Source: an uncultured delta proteobacterium (GTDB lineage: Bacteria; Desulfobacterota; Syntrophia; Syntrophales; UBA2185). Taken from it: 64,000 nt of DNA. The notes beneath the pieces were generated by a model, which was not told the DNA's origin, made no database searches, and saw only the letters and a list, made by a program, of their open reading frames with translations. The translations under genes and the position numbers were made by a program. Of this stretch, positions 31,936 to 42,481 are shown piece by piece. The stretch is from contig CAVOID010000003.1 in NCBI GenBank assembly GCA_963695875.1, forward strand, positions 224,001 through 288,000, written 5' to 3'. Each line of letters opens with the position of its first letter. Within the stretch, counting starts at the first letter, position 1.

Positions 31936-32484
31936 ATGAAGAAGACACCATATCTTCTACTTTTATTAACTCTTCTTTTTGTCTATCCCAGTTTGGATGA
32001 ATCAGGGGCACAAATGAAAGGAGTGAAGAAAATGGAAATTAAAAGCACAGCTTTCAAACATGGCACAAGGATACCGTCAAAGCACACCTGTGACGGCATG
32101 GATGTATCGCCGCCTCTGGGATGGGCCAATGCACCTGCTGGTACAAAAAATTTTGCCCTAATCTGCGATGATCCTGATGCTCCGATGGGCACATGGGTTC
32201 ACTGGGTTATCTATGATATGCCTGCAAGCACTGCGAACTTGCCGGAAAAAGTTCCGCCACTGAAAGAACTGACCAATGGTGCAAAGCAGGGTATGAATGA
32301 TTTTCGTGCGATAGGATATGGCGGTCCCTGCCCCCCCTCCGGCGAACATCGTTATTTTTTTAAGCTTTACGCCCTTGATGGACCGACTGGGCTGAAACCG
32401 GGTGCTACCAAAGCGCAGCTGCTAGAAGCCATGAAAGGCCATATTCTTGGCGAAGTTGAGTTAATGGGAAAGTACAAAAGGTGA
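31936..32484 (+). CDS. YbhB/YbcL (PEBP/RKIP-like) protein with signal peptide
   Basis: DDPDAP, WVHW, GYGGPCPP..HRY. Confidence 0.94.
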   Translation: MKKTPYLLLLLTLLFVYPSLDESGAQMKGVKKMEIKSTAFKHGTRIPSKHTCDGMDVSPPLGWANAPAGTKNFALICDDPDAPMGTWVHWVIYDMPASTANLPEKVPPLKELTNGAKQGMNDFRAIGYGGPCPPSGEHRYFFKLYALDGPTGLKPGATKAQLLEAMKGHILGEVELMGKYKR

Positions 32485-32571
32485 CAGCTTCGTAAAAAGT
32501 CTATGTGCTGTGTTGCGCCTCATTCCTCGGGATTTGCGCGCCTTGCCTCTCGAACTTTTTACGAAGCCGTC
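32482..32571 (+). repeat. MITE-like repeat family A, internally deleted copy with both terminal inverted repeats
   Basis: GACAGCTTCGTAAAAAGT ... ACTTTTTACGAAGCCGTC. Confidence 0.85.
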
Positions 32572-32629
32572 CATGTTTTGACCCTGATTGATATTATTTT
32601 GCAATATCATTGAAGGCAGCAAGGGGAAA

Positions 32630-33541
32630 ATGCCGGAGGCATCCTATCTGAAATTGTACAGGGAGGGAAAGCTCCAGAAGCGTATAGATCATGCGGTGGA
32701 GTTGATGAAGAACTGCACTGTGTGCCCCCGGGAATGCCATGTCGATAGGTTGTCAGGGGAACTTGGCTTCTGCCGCACTGGCGAAAAGGCCAAGGTCGCA
32801 AGCCTTCATGCCCACTTTGGTGAAGAGGCCCCTCTTGTGGGAATGCACGGTTCAGGCACCATCTTTTTCAGGTCCTGTAATCTCCTATGCTGCTTCTGTC
32901 AGAACTATGATATCAGCCACGATATTGAAGATGGCGAAGTGGAACCTAAAGATCTTGCCGTCATGATGCTTTCCTTGCAGAAGCGGGGATGTCATAATAT
33001 CAATTTTGTAACTCCGTCCCACGTGGTGCCTCAGATACTGCAAGCCCTTATCATCGCCGTCGAGTATGGGCTGAAAGTGCCACTGGTCTATAACACCGGC
33101 GGATACGATAGAGTTGAAACAGTGAAGATTCTGGATGGTATCTTCGACATCTATATGCCCGACTTCAAGTTCTGGGATGAAAAATGGGCTGAGAAATTTT
33201 GTAAGTCTGCTGATTACAGGAAAGTAGCAGTGGCAGCCATAAAAGAGATGCACCGCCAGGTGGGTGATCTTGTTGTCGATGAATCCGGGATAGCCGTAAA
33301 GGGGTTACTGGTACGTCATTTAGTCATGCCTAACGGTGTGGCAAATACCAGGAAAATCATGGAATTTCTGGCCGAAAAAATATCGAAAAATACCTATGTA
33401 AATGTAATGGATCAGTACCATCCCTGCGGGAAGGCAATGTGGGACCCGATGATTAATAGACGGATTAACAGGAGTGAATATTCTGAAGCAGTCCGCCTTG
33501 CCAGGGATGCGGGCCTTCACAGGCTGGATTCCCGGCGTTGA
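32630..33541 (+). CDS. PflX-like radical SAM protein
   Basis: CTVCPREC, GSGTIFF..CNLLCCFCQN, LLVRHLVMP. Confidence 0.9.
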   Translation: MPEASYLKLYREGKLQKRIDHAVELMKNCTVCPRECHVDRLSGELGFCRTGEKAKVASLHAHFGEEAPLVGMHGSGTIFFRSCNLLCCFCQNYDISHDIEDGEVEPKDLAVMMLSLQKRGCHNINFVTPSHVVPQILQALIIAVEYGLKVPLVYNTGGYDRVETVKILDGIFDIYMPDFKFWDEKWAEKFCKSADYRKVAVAAIKEMHRQVGDLVVDESGIAVKGLLVRHLVMPNGVANTRKIMEFLAEKISKNTYVNVMDQYHPCGKAMWDPMINRRINRSEYSEAVRLARDAGLHRLDSRR

Positions 33542-33555
33542 TCGAGAAAATAGAC

Positions 33556-34458
33556 TCATTTGTTTTGCAGGTAATCTTTCATACCCTTGATGCTGTTAAC
33601 CGAAAAAATCTTTTCCCGCGACTGCACATCCTTCGGAAGTGAATAGTACGGAGATAACCCCCGGTCATTTTTCAGCAGGTCCTCGTAAACACGTTCATCA
33701 AAGGGATCACTTTCCGCCTTAATATGCTTTTCTACTGTGGCCAGCCAGTTGTCCAGCTGGTTAAGAGCCGTATCGAATACATTGCGTACATCCTTCCGGT
33801 AGCCGTAATGTCCAAAGCATACGTGTGAAACATTGAGGGAAGCAGCCTTTTCCAATGAAGCTCGGTAAATCTCGTAGATAAACGGAGGCGGTGTTGCGAT
33901 ACGCAGATATAGTGCTTGATCCAGGGGATAGTTTATCCCCGCGACTTCTCCGAGAAATAATAGATTTCCAATTTGATAACAGAGGTGGCTCGGTGCATGA
34001 CCTGGAGTTTCGAAGACGTTGATCACCACGCCTCCGGCTTCAATGGGATTTTGATAACCGATGTTCTTTTCTGGAACGGCGGCGATTTTGCCATAAACGT
34101 CGGCAACCTTTCCCAGAAACTGGCGGGATCCCTCCCATAGTTTGGTAGGATCGACCATGTGCTTTACACCCTTAGGATGGCAGATGACCTTCGCCTCCGG
34201 AAAGTGCTCCACCAGCAGCCCGGCGCCTCCTGCATGGTCAATGTGAATATGCGTGAGCAGTATATAATCTAACTTCTCCACTTTGAGCTGTTTAAGTGCT
34301 TCCACGAGAACAGGAATAGTGGAGCACGGACCGGGATCGACTGCTATGGTAAGGCCGTCCTGCCTGTATACCCAGCTGTTGAGGAAATTATAGAATCCTT
34401 CCAGGGGCTGATCAAGATCTACAATGTAGAGATTTTCCAGAGGTTTATGTATTGCCAT
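33556..34458 (-). CDS. MBL-fold metallo-hydrolase
   Basis: THIHIDHAGG, TPGHAPSH, FGHYG. Confidence 0.92.
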   Translation of the reverse strand: MAIHKPLENLYIVDLDQPLEGFYNFLNSWVYRQDGLTIAVDPGPCSTIPVLVEALKQLKVEKLDYILLTHIHIDHAGGAGLLVEHFPEAKVICHPKGVKHMVDPTKLWEGSRQFLGKVADVYGKIAAVPEKNIGYQNPIEAGGVVINVFETPGHAPSHLCYQIGNLLFLGEVAGINYPLDQALYLRIATPPPFIYEIYRASLEKAASLNVSHVCFGHYGYRKDVRNVFDTALNQLDNWLATVEKHIKAESDPFDERVYEDLLKNDRGLSPYYSLPKDVQSREKIFSVNSIKGMKDYLQNK

Positions 34459-34525
34459 AGCGCTTCTCCTTAATTCTGTGTAATTGTCAGTCCTGTGCTG
34501 TTTCTAAATTCATATACCATCTTTT

Positions 34526-35371
34526 TCACGAATTCAAGGGATGATCGCTTATGAAATTCAGGACCAGGCCATTGAAGTCCTGAGGTCTTTCAAAATTCGG
34601 CATGTGTCCGCACTGGTCGAATATATGGAGCCGGGCATTCGGCAATTTTTCCGCTGCAAAACATGCATGTCTAACAGGAAGAATGCGGTCCTGCCTGCCC
34701 CAGATGATCAGAGCAGGAACATTTATGTCACCGAGATTTTTTATGATCGGGTCGAGGACATCCGCACGGCCGCCAAAGATTGTTGCGCTGGACCTAAGTG
34801 CCGAGAGGATAGATTTTCTGGCTTCGGGTGAAGAGTCTAATCTATAATAGATGTCTACCAGAACATCTGTGATTACAGCCGGGTCATACACGCAGCGCTT
34901 CAGTACGAATGCCATTCCCATGCGGTTTGGCTGCATCATTAATTCACCGACAAGGGGGATCGTAGCCAGCCTCATGATGAATGCCATTTCCCTGCCTAGG
35001 CCTGCACTGTCTACCAGCACCAGTTTCTGTACCTTTCCGGGGAACTGGAGCGCGTATTGGAGAGCCACGCCGCCGCCTAAAGAATTTCCGACAAGACAGG
35101 CGCGGTTTATACAAAGCGCCGTCATGAAATCATCGATAAAGGCGGCCATAAATGTAGGGGAATATGTTGCTTCCGGCTTATCAGTGAGGCCGAAACCGAC
35201 GAGATCGGGAACATAGACACGGTGCTCTCCCGCGATGGCGGAGACATTGTGCATCCAGATCTCTGCGGAAGCACCCAGGCCGTGAATGAGAATTACGGGG
35301 GAACCTTTTTCTCCCTCGGCCCAGTATCGGGTATTGATATTGCCGATCCTGATATATTTATCGGGTGGCAT
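34526..35371 (-). CDS. Alpha/beta-fold hydrolase
   Basis: IHGLG, GNSLGG nucleophile elbow, WGRQD, CGH. Confidence 0.93.
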   Translation of the reverse strand: MPPDKYIRIGNINTRYWAEGEKGSPVILIHGLGASAEIWMHNVSAIAGEHRVYVPDLVGFGLTDKPEATYSPTFMAAFIDDFMTALCINRACLVGNSLGGGVALQYALQFPGKVQKLVLVDSAGLGREMAFIMRLATIPLVGELMMQPNRMGMAFVLKRCVYDPAVITDVLVDIYYRLDSSPEARKSILSALRSSATIFGGRADVLDPIIKNLGDINVPALIIWGRQDRILPVRHACFAAEKLPNARLHIFDQCGHMPNFERPQDFNGLVLNFISDHPLNS

Positions 35372-35495
35372 TTTTACGTTGCCTGCAGATGATTGAACAC
35401 CTATCGGGATGAAATAGCAAATATATGCTCATGCATTTGGATGCATTTCTATAATGTATGTCTTTTTAGGTAATAAGTTAGTACAGACGGAATGA

Positions 35496-36014
35496 TCACT
35501 TTTTTTCGAATAGTGTTTCCAGAATGGTGTCTATGGTAAAATATTGTGTGCTCAAGATTTTGCCGTCTCTGCTGATCAAGACCATGGTAGGTATACCGAC
35601 TATGTCATAAGCTCCCGCTACATCTCCTTTCTCATCTAAAAGCACTCGGTAGGGGATCCGGTATTTTGCCGCAAACCGTGACACTCTTGCCTTAGGTTCC
35701 TCAGCGTCGATGTTCACTATTTCAAGCCCGCGTTGACTGTATGTTGCGTGAATGCTTTTATAGTGTGATATTTCGGAGCGGCAAGTCGGACACCACGTAG
35801 TGGTGAAAATCAATAGAACCGGGTTACCCTTCTTGGTGCTGAGTTTGAAGTCCCGACCATCTATATCTTTCAGACTAAAATCCGGTGCCATAAAGGGAGA
35901 GAGATTTTTTCCCATGTCCGGCTGTTTACTTTCAGAGCATGAAAGCACAGAAGGAAGTGCAAATACAATCAAACCTAAAACCGCAAACAGGAAAAATCTT
36001 ACTTTTGCACCCAT
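35496..36014 (-). CDS. TlpA/ResA-family disulfide reductase (lipoprotein)
   Basis: APDFSL, TTWCPTC, GIPT. Confidence 0.92.
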   Translation of the reverse strand: MGAKVRFFLFAVLGLIVFALPSVLSCSESKQPDMGKNLSPFMAPDFSLKDIDGRDFKLSTKKGNPVLLIFTTTWCPTCRSEISHYKSIHATYSQRGLEIVNIDAEEPKARVSRFAAKYRIPYRVLLDEKGDVAGAYDIVGIPTMVLISRDGKILSTQYFTIDTILETLFEKK

Positions 36015-36025
36015 AATGAAATCCG

Positions 36026-36733
36026 TCAGCCCCAGAAACTACCAGCCTGTATAAGAAAGTATTCCCCCATTGCCAGTAATATCCATCCGGATATGTGGCT
36101 GATCCTTGTCATCCACATGCCGGATTTTGGCAGACTGGTTAAAAGGCCGGCAAATGTACCAAGTATAATAAGCAATGTCCCCATGCCAAGGGCAAAAACA
36201 AATAAAAGACTTATTCCAAAAATGATATTCTGACTTTTCGCTACAAAACTCAGCAATACGGCAAGCACAGGGGCCGTGCAGGGACCCATGACCAGGCCTG
36301 AAAAGGCACCTACAAAAAAGCTGCCCACAATGCCCTTTTTTTCGGGTTTAGCCTTCGTCATAAAGCCTGGAACCCGCACAGGCAGCATAAAGACTTCAAG
36401 CATGGACAATCCCATAAGGATGCATATATTGGCGACGATGAAAAATGTCCAGGGATTTGTCTGTATCTGTCCGAATAATTTGCCGGTAAAGGCAGCAATG
36501 GCGGCCAGAGAAGCGTATGTGACAGACATGCCTAAAACATAGATGACGGAGAGCACCAGCCCCTTCACCTTAGAACCGCTGCCGTGGGCGCCGATGAAAG
36601 CGATCGTGATGGGTGCCACCGGGTACACACAAGGTGTAAAACTGATGAAGACACCTCCCAGGTAGACGGCTACATACGCTAATATAGAAGACCCGTGCAG
36701 ATAAACAGACAGGCTGTCAATGAAATTTTCCAT
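36026..36733 (-). CDS. ccdA: Cytochrome c biogenesis protein CcdA/DsbD-TM
   Basis: FTPCVYP and GPCTAP motifs in TM segments. Confidence 0.9.
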   Translation of the reverse strand: MENFIDSLSVYLHGSSILAYVAVYLGGVFISFTPCVYPVAPITIAFIGAHGSGSKVKGLVLSVIYVLGMSVTYASLAAIAAFTGKLFGQIQTNPWTFFIVANICILMGLSMLEVFMLPVRVPGFMTKAKPEKKGIVGSFFVGAFSGLVMGPCTAPVLAVLLSFVAKSQNIIFGISLLFVFALGMGTLLIILGTFAGLLTSLPKSGMWMTRISHISGWILLAMGEYFLIQAGSFWG

Positions 36734-36934
36734 TTGCGCTCCAATTGGCAAAAAGCCTTGAAATATACACTCGTATCAATTACACTTTTTTAATTAAATT
36801 ATAGCATAGTGTCTTCCACATATCAACCATGGGATTGGAGGCTTTAGGATATTATCCATAACACTTATGACTTGCACTGGTCACAGAAAGGATATATACA
36901 GCTATCAACCCAGATACAAGGAGATTATTTCTGA

Positions 36935-37765
36935 ATGGCTAAAATGTTGAAGGATGCGTTAAAAACAATTGAGAAATATAAGAGTATCACCCCTCACTAC
37001 GGCGAGTTGCTGGATATACTCGAGGAAATTTTAATAATGAGGGAAGAATATCGGCGCAAGATTGAAAAGATTATCTTTCCGATAGATGAGGAACTGATGG
37101 AGAAGAAGATAGCCGGCGGATTGCCACTCATAGATTTCTCTTCCGGAAATTTTGACCTGTCAGAACCTAAACAATACTTCTTAGCACTTCTGGAAATCGC
37201 AGAAAAGCGGGTTCCCGGTGAAACGAAGGAGATTGTTCAAATGGTTCAAGACGGAAGCTTCAATTTTGAGAAGCTGATTTGTGACTCATTCAGTTCACTC
37301 CATGACGATATACCGGACGAAGTGGACGAAGATGTTATAGATCTCGTCGATCTTTTTCTTGAAGAGAGCCTGAGACCAGCCCTGGAAAAGGTTGCGGAAA
37401 AGTATGGGAAAATAATAATCGAGACCGGTTGGGCTGAGGGATATTGCCCGATATGCGGCAAGGAACCGAAGATCGGAGAAATAAGAGAGGAAGAGGGAAG
37501 ACGATTTCTTTTTTGCACACAGTGCGGGTTTGAATGGCGTTTCAGGCGCATAAAATGCCCGTTTTGCGGCAATGAGGAACAGCAGACGCTGGCCTACTTT
37601 ACTATTGAAGGGGAGGAAAAATACCGGGTAGATGTTTGTCATGAGTGCAAGCGATATATTAAAATAGTTGATTTCAGAGAATCGGAGGAAGAGGCTAACC
37701 TCGACGTTGAGGATATTGCCACATTACATCTCGATATGCTTGCCAACGAAGAGGGATATGATTAG
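36935..37765 (+). CDS. fdhE: Formate dehydrogenase accessory protein
   Basis: CPICG, CTQC, CPFCG, CHEC pairs; DIATLHLD tail. Confidence 0.9.
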   Translation: MAKMLKDALKTIEKYKSITPHYGELLDILEEILIMREEYRRKIEKIIFPIDEELMEKKIAGGLPLIDFSSGNFDLSEPKQYFLALLEIAEKRVPGETKEIVQMVQDGSFNFEKLICDSFSSLHDDIPDEVDEDVIDLVDLFLEESLRPALEKVAEKYGKIIIETGWAEGYCPICGKEPKIGEIREEEGRRFLFCTQCGFEWRFRRIKCPFCGNEEQQTLAYFTIEGEEKYRVDVCHECKRYIKIVDFRESEEEANLDVEDIATLHLDMLANEEGYD

Positions 37766-37821
37766 AGCCGAAGCGCATTTATGATAAGGCTCGCATAAAG
37801 CAGAAAATTTAGTGGATAATC

Positions 37822-37946
37822 GAGGCTTCGTAAAAAGCGCCAGAGGCAAGGCGCGCGAATACTGAGGAAATGAGGCGTACAGAGACGTACGCTGCAATGA
37901 CGAAGGATGAAGTGCAACACAGCATATGGACGTTTTACGAAGCTGT
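37822..37946 (-). mobile_element. MITE-like repeat family A, longest copy (~125 bp)
   Basis: GGCTTCGTAAAAA ... TTTTACGAAGCTGT terminal inverted repeats; interior matches the other copies. Confidence 0.8.
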
Positions 37947-37950
37947 GCAT

Positions 37951-38607
37951 ATGAATGACAAAGACATCAGGTCAGTAATTCGTCTCATTGAAAAAGAGGT
38001 AAGCAAGTGGGATCTTCCCATAGTCTCCTCTTTGGCCGATGAGCATAGCGGTCCCTTCCCGATCCTGATTTCTACAATCCTGAGTCTGAGGACGAAAGAC
38101 GAAGTAACTGCAAAAGCCGCGGAACGACTCTTTGCTTTGGCTAATACCCCGGAGGATATGTTAAAGCTCTCTGAGGATAAGATCATTAAAGCAATATATC
38201 CCGTCGGCTTTTACCGAAACAAGGCAAAAACTATCCTGCATATCTGTAGAGAGTTGGTAGATCATTTTAGTTCACGGGTTCCCGATACTATCGAGCAGTT
38301 GCTCACCCTGAAGGGTGTAGGCAGAAAGACAGCCAATCTTGTTGTGACGCTAGGGTATAATAAAGAGGGGTTGTGTGTCGATACGCATGTCCACAGAATA
38401 TCAAATCGGCTGGGCTACATAAGGACAAAAAACCCTGAGAAAACGGAATACGCGCTGAGAAACAAGCTTCCATCAAAATACTGGTCGCGGTATAATACAT
38501 TGATGGTTGCATTCGGTCGGCATATCTGTGTTCCCGTCTCTCCGTTTTGCAGCAGGTGCCCTGTCGCAGGTTACTGTGATAGAGTTAACGTTACCAGAAG
38601 CAGATAG
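37951..38607 (+). CDS. nth: Endonuclease III
   Basis: HhH LKGVGRKTAN, VDTHV, C-x6-C-x2-C-x5-C. Confidence 0.95.
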   Translation: MNDKDIRSVIRLIEKEVSKWDLPIVSSLADEHSGPFPILISTILSLRTKDEVTAKAAERLFALANTPEDMLKLSEDKIIKAIYPVGFYRNKAKTILHICRELVDHFSSRVPDTIEQLLTLKGVGRKTANLVVTLGYNKEGLCVDTHVHRISNRLGYIRTKNPEKTEYALRNKLPSKYWSRYNTLMVAFGRHICVPVSPFCSRCPVAGYCDRVNVTRSR

Positions 38608-38688
38608 GGCAGAAGGGTGTTGGCAGGTTGCCGGGGTACATATGCATCTTAAACATGAATTATCTGAGACTTGCAAAGGAGGTACATC

Positions 38689-39704
38689 ATGGGTGTGAAA
38701 GTGGCTATTAATGGTTTCGGCAGGGTAGGAAGGAGTCTCATCAGGGCATGCCTGGGTTGTGATGACATTGATATCGTTGCCATCAATTCGAGGGCCAAGC
38801 CGGAGATACTTACCCATCTTCTCAAATATGATTCCGTTCATGGAAAGATCAAAGCGGATGTATCCGTAGACGGCGACGCTATGCTGATAGACGGCAAGAG
38901 AGTAGTGATTACGACTGTTACTTCAAATTTAGCGGACCTCCCCTGGGCGAAGCTTGGCGTCCAGATAGTTCTGGAATCGACGGGGCGATTCCGCAAAAAG
39001 GATGAAATGTCAGGCCATCTCACAGCCGGGGCCAAGAAGGTAATCCTGGCTGCACCCGGCAAGGGAGTTGACGGTACCTTTGTCATGGGGGTTAATGAAG
39101 AGACATACGATCCCGGCAAACATCATATCGTATCAAATGCCTCCTGTACCACCAACTGTCTTGCGCCGGTCGCCAAGGTACTGAATGATGAGTTTAAAAT
39201 TATCAGGGGATTTATGACAACCGCGCATGCCTACACGATGGATCAGAGGCTTCTGGACGGTTCCCATAGCGACCTGCGAAGGGCCCGGGCCGCCGCAATT
39301 TCGATCATTCCCACATCTACAGGAGCGGCCCAAGCCGTGGGCCAGGTGATTCCGGAACTGAAAGGGAAGCTCGATGGCGTAGCACTCAGGGTTCCTGTGC
39401 ACAATGTATCGGTAGTGGACCTTGTGGTAGAAGTGTCTCGACCCGTTACGATAAATGAAGTGAACGGGGCATTTAAGGCGGCATCTGAAGGCAAGCTGAA
39501 GGACATTTTGGCGTTTTGCGAAGAGCAACTCGTTTCGTTGATTTTACGAGCAGCTGTTTCTCATCCATCGTTGATGCTCCTCTGACAAATGTGCTTGCCG
39601 GAAACCTGGTCAAGGTTTTCTCCTGGTACGACAATGAGATCGGCTATGCATGCAGGATGAGGGATCTTGCTATCTACATGGCGAAGAAAATGTCAGGGGC
39701 ATGA
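38689..39704 (+). CDS. gap: Glyceraldehyde-3-phosphate dehydrogenase type I (frameshifted near 39537)
   Basis: INGFGRVGR, NASCTTNC, WYDNE in ORF 39516..39704. Confidence 0.95.
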
Positions 39705-39705
39705 T

Positions 39706-40455
39706 ATGAGAAGGCCCTTTATTGCCGGCAACTGGAAAATGCACAAGACGATCCAGGAAGCCGTTGATTTCGCACGTAGATTGGTGAATGAATGTGCCGG
39801 ATTAGCCGGCAGGAGGGTGGTCATTGCCCCTCCCTTTACGGCACTGCATTCAGTCGCGCAAGTGCTGAAGGGATCGGGAATTCATCTATCCGCCCAAAAC
39901 CTCCACGATAAGCCGGCAGGTGCATATACAGGAGAAGTATCTGCCAAAATGCTGGCAGATGCCTGTTGTGAGTATGTTATCGTCGGCCATTCAGAACGCC
40001 GGACCTTCTTTGGTGAAACGGATGCTGTCATCAACAAAAAGCTCAAGACCGCAATTTCGTTCGGATTGAGGCCCATATTCTGTATCGGCGAAACCCTGAG
40101 GGAGCGGGAAGCAGACCAGACTTTTTCCGTTATCGATAGGCAGATAAAAGAGGGATTGAATAATTTCACCACTGATGATATAAAACCTGTCGTCGTTGCC
40201 TATGAACCTGTGTGGGCGATCGGTACCGGCAGGACAGCAACACCCGAGCAGGCCCAGGAGGTGCACGCATACATTCGTGACGTGACGGGAAGGAAATATG
40301 GCGAAAATATTTCAGGGAATATCGCCATCCTTTACGGAGGAAGCGTCAATCCGGATAATATTGGCGGTCTTATGGCCCAATCGGATATCGACGGTGTTCT
40401 GGTGGGAGGGGCAAGCCTGGATATTGACTCGTTTGTCAGGATCATTAAATATTAA
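39706..40455 (+). CDS. tpiA: Triosephosphate isomerase
   Basis: AGNWKM, GHSERR, AYEPVWAIGTG, YGGSV. Confidence 0.98.
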   Translation: MRRPFIAGNWKMHKTIQEAVDFARRLVNECAGLAGRRVVIAPPFTALHSVAQVLKGSGIHLSAQNLHDKPAGAYTGEVSAKMLADACCEYVIVGHSERRTFFGETDAVINKKLKTAISFGLRPIFCIGETLREREADQTFSVIDRQIKEGLNNFTTDDIKPVVVAYEPVWAIGTGRTATPEQAQEVHAYIRDVTGRKYGENISGNIAILYGGSVNPDNIGGLMAQSDIDGVLVGGASLDIDSFVRIIKY

Positions 40456-40539
40456 CTAGTGTACCTTCAGTCATTCCGACGACAGAAATGAAAGCGGGAA
40501 TTTTAAGGCACTCAGAAAATTTTTAGGAGATACAATAAC

Positions 40540-40884
40540 GTGCAAATATTATTTACGGTCTTGCATATTGCTGTATGCATTATCTTGATCCTCGTCGTAC
40601 TCCTGCAGGCAGGCAAAGGGGCAAGCATGGGGGCGGCCTTTGGGGGATCAAGTCAGACAATCTTCGGGAGCAGTGGCCCCGGGACATTTTTGGGGAAAAT
40701 GACAACAATTGTCGCCGCTGTTTTTATGCTAACATCCCTTTTCCTTTCATACTCGGCATATCACAAGGGGTCGTCGTTGATGGAAAAAGCGGCACCACAG
40801 GCACAACAGCAGACAGTGCCCGCTCCGGCAGAAAAAGCTCCGGGTGCAGCAGAACAGCAGGCACCGTCAGCGCAACAGAAATAG
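40540..40884 (+). CDS. secG: Preprotein translocase subunit SecG
   Basis: VLLQAGKGASMGAAFGG; tpiA-secG-tRNA-Leu context. Confidence 0.95.
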   Translation: MQILFTVLHIAVCIILILVVLLQAGKGASMGAAFGGSSQTIFGSSGPGTFLGKMTTIVAAVFMLTSLFLSYSAYHKGSSLMEKAAPQAQQQTVPAPAEKAPGAAEQQAPSAQQK

Positions 40885-40889
40885 TTTAT

Positions 40890-40914
40890 GTCATTCCCGA
40901 CTCGATCGGGAATC
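40890..40914. repeat. REP-like palindrome
   Basis: GTCATTCCCGACTCGATCGGGAATC hairpin just after the secG stop. Confidence 0.5.
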
Positions 40915-40949
40915 GGATATGACTTTATTTTCAGCGGAACGAAACAATT

Positions 40950-41036
40950 GCCGAGGTGGTGGAATATGGTAGACACGCTATCTTGAGGGGGTAGTGGACA
41001 AAATCCGTCCGGGTTCAAGTCCCGGCCTCGGCACCA
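40950..41036 (+). tRNA. tRNA-Leu(GAG)
   Basis: GCCGAGG/CCTCGGC acceptor stem, anticodon loop TTGAGGG, long variable arm, GTTCAAGTC, CCA end. Confidence 0.96.
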
Positions 41037-41047
41037 TAGTTACAATC

Positions 41048-41086
41048 AAGAGGTTGGCTTGGAGATGAGTCAACCTCTTCTATTTT
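41048..41086 (+). terminator. Intrinsic terminator after the tRNA
   Basis: AAGAGGTTGGC..GTCAACCTCTT followed by a T-rich tail. Confidence 0.7.
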
Positions 41087-41215
41087 CCGTAAATGTTTGG
41101 CTAACAGTTGCTGAATTAATGAGTGAAGACAACAATCGGCACCAGAGACCTTGCTGTACTGAAAACATTGGAACTCTGACCTAGTATAAAGAATGACGGC
41201 TGAAGATAAAACCTG

Positions 41216-42174
41216 TTATGACATAACCCCCGCTGCGAGATATCCTATAATGAGGCAGGTCAGTGTCAGCGCGTGGACTTTTATCGTGGCAAGGTTTGCG
41301 GGGGCCATCTTCATCTTGTCCATGTAATTCGCATTAAGTATCCGGAACGAGTTGTACGCAATGGGCAATGTAAGGAGCCCCAGGAGAATGCTGAATGGGG
41401 TTACCTTGAAGGATACGGACAGGAACATGGTGCCATAGGCGCAAATCAGCCCCGCAACATACAATACAACGCCCGGCTTTCTTCCGAAACGGGCGACGAG
41501 ATTCAGCTTACCTGCCTGGCGATCCTCCTCATAATCGGGGATCTCGTTGATGACGATCATGGACCACATGAGGAATCCCGGGACCAGCGAAACGATAAAA
41601 GGTTCCCAGGCAATCGATCGTGTCTGCACATAGAATGCACCGAGACAGACGACGGGTCCGAAATTAATCAGCAGGCTCAATTCGCCGAACCCCCGGTAAC
41701 CGTATCGTATGGGCGGCATGGTGTAAAAGACGGAAGAAAATACTCCGATGACAGCGAAGATCAGGACAGGCCAGCCGGCAACGATAGTCAGGTAAATAGC
41801 TATAACGATCCCTATGAGATAACATAAAATCGATGCCGCAAGCACGTAACTGGCGGGAAGGAGTCCCCCGTCAGAACCCCGCTGCCCCCTGTATAGGGAT
41901 TTTTCTCTTCACCGTGGGAGCGATCCACGGCATGGAGATAATCAAAGACATCATCGATCATGTTCAGACCGATGTGGTGCACCGTCACGCCGATGATGAC
42001 CAGGATAAAATACCAGAAGTTGAATTCCCGGAATGCCGCCCACGCAATGACACTTCCCAGCAAGGCGGGGAAGATGCTGGTGGGCACATAGTGGAGACGG
42101 AATGCCTGGATCCACGTGCCTACGACCCCTGGTTTCCGCCCGTCTTCAGGGATATATTTCATCTTCAGAGGCAT
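41216..42174 (-). CDS. menA: UbiA-family prenyltransferase (MenA-like), frameshifted near 41860
   Basis: NMIDDVFDY, TGGSG, YTMPP..Y.G.GE, NEIPDYEEDRQAGK. Confidence 0.8.
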
Positions 42175-42481
42175 TGCTGGTCCTTCTCGCATATTTGAAA
42201 CTCTTTGGATATTGTCTACGAAAAACAAGGCCAGCCTTTCCCTTGGATCAGATAGTCAATTTCAGTATATCTCAATTTCCAAATTATTGTTAAATTAATT
42301 TCACACTTTTTCAATGCATATTTTTATAAAAGGATAATATCATGATGCTTATGCCAATAAGGAATAAGGCATTTTGAAGAGATAAATCAGCTATTCCCTG
42401 ATTGAATGATTTCTCTATTTTTAATAAAAAAATCTGGTATATAAATAGCGTATCTGAGACGTAAAAAAGAGGAGGGCTACG

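Noticed and set aside
37870..37950. Longer N-terminus for nth
   Set aside because: Derived from the family-A repeat; homology starts at ATG 37951
38689..40455. gap-tpiA without pgk between them
   Set aside because: Ordinary gene-order variation; pgk may lie elsewhere
40950..41215. tRNA-Leu as an island integration site
   Set aside because: No integrase and no duplicated tRNA 3' end seen in the window
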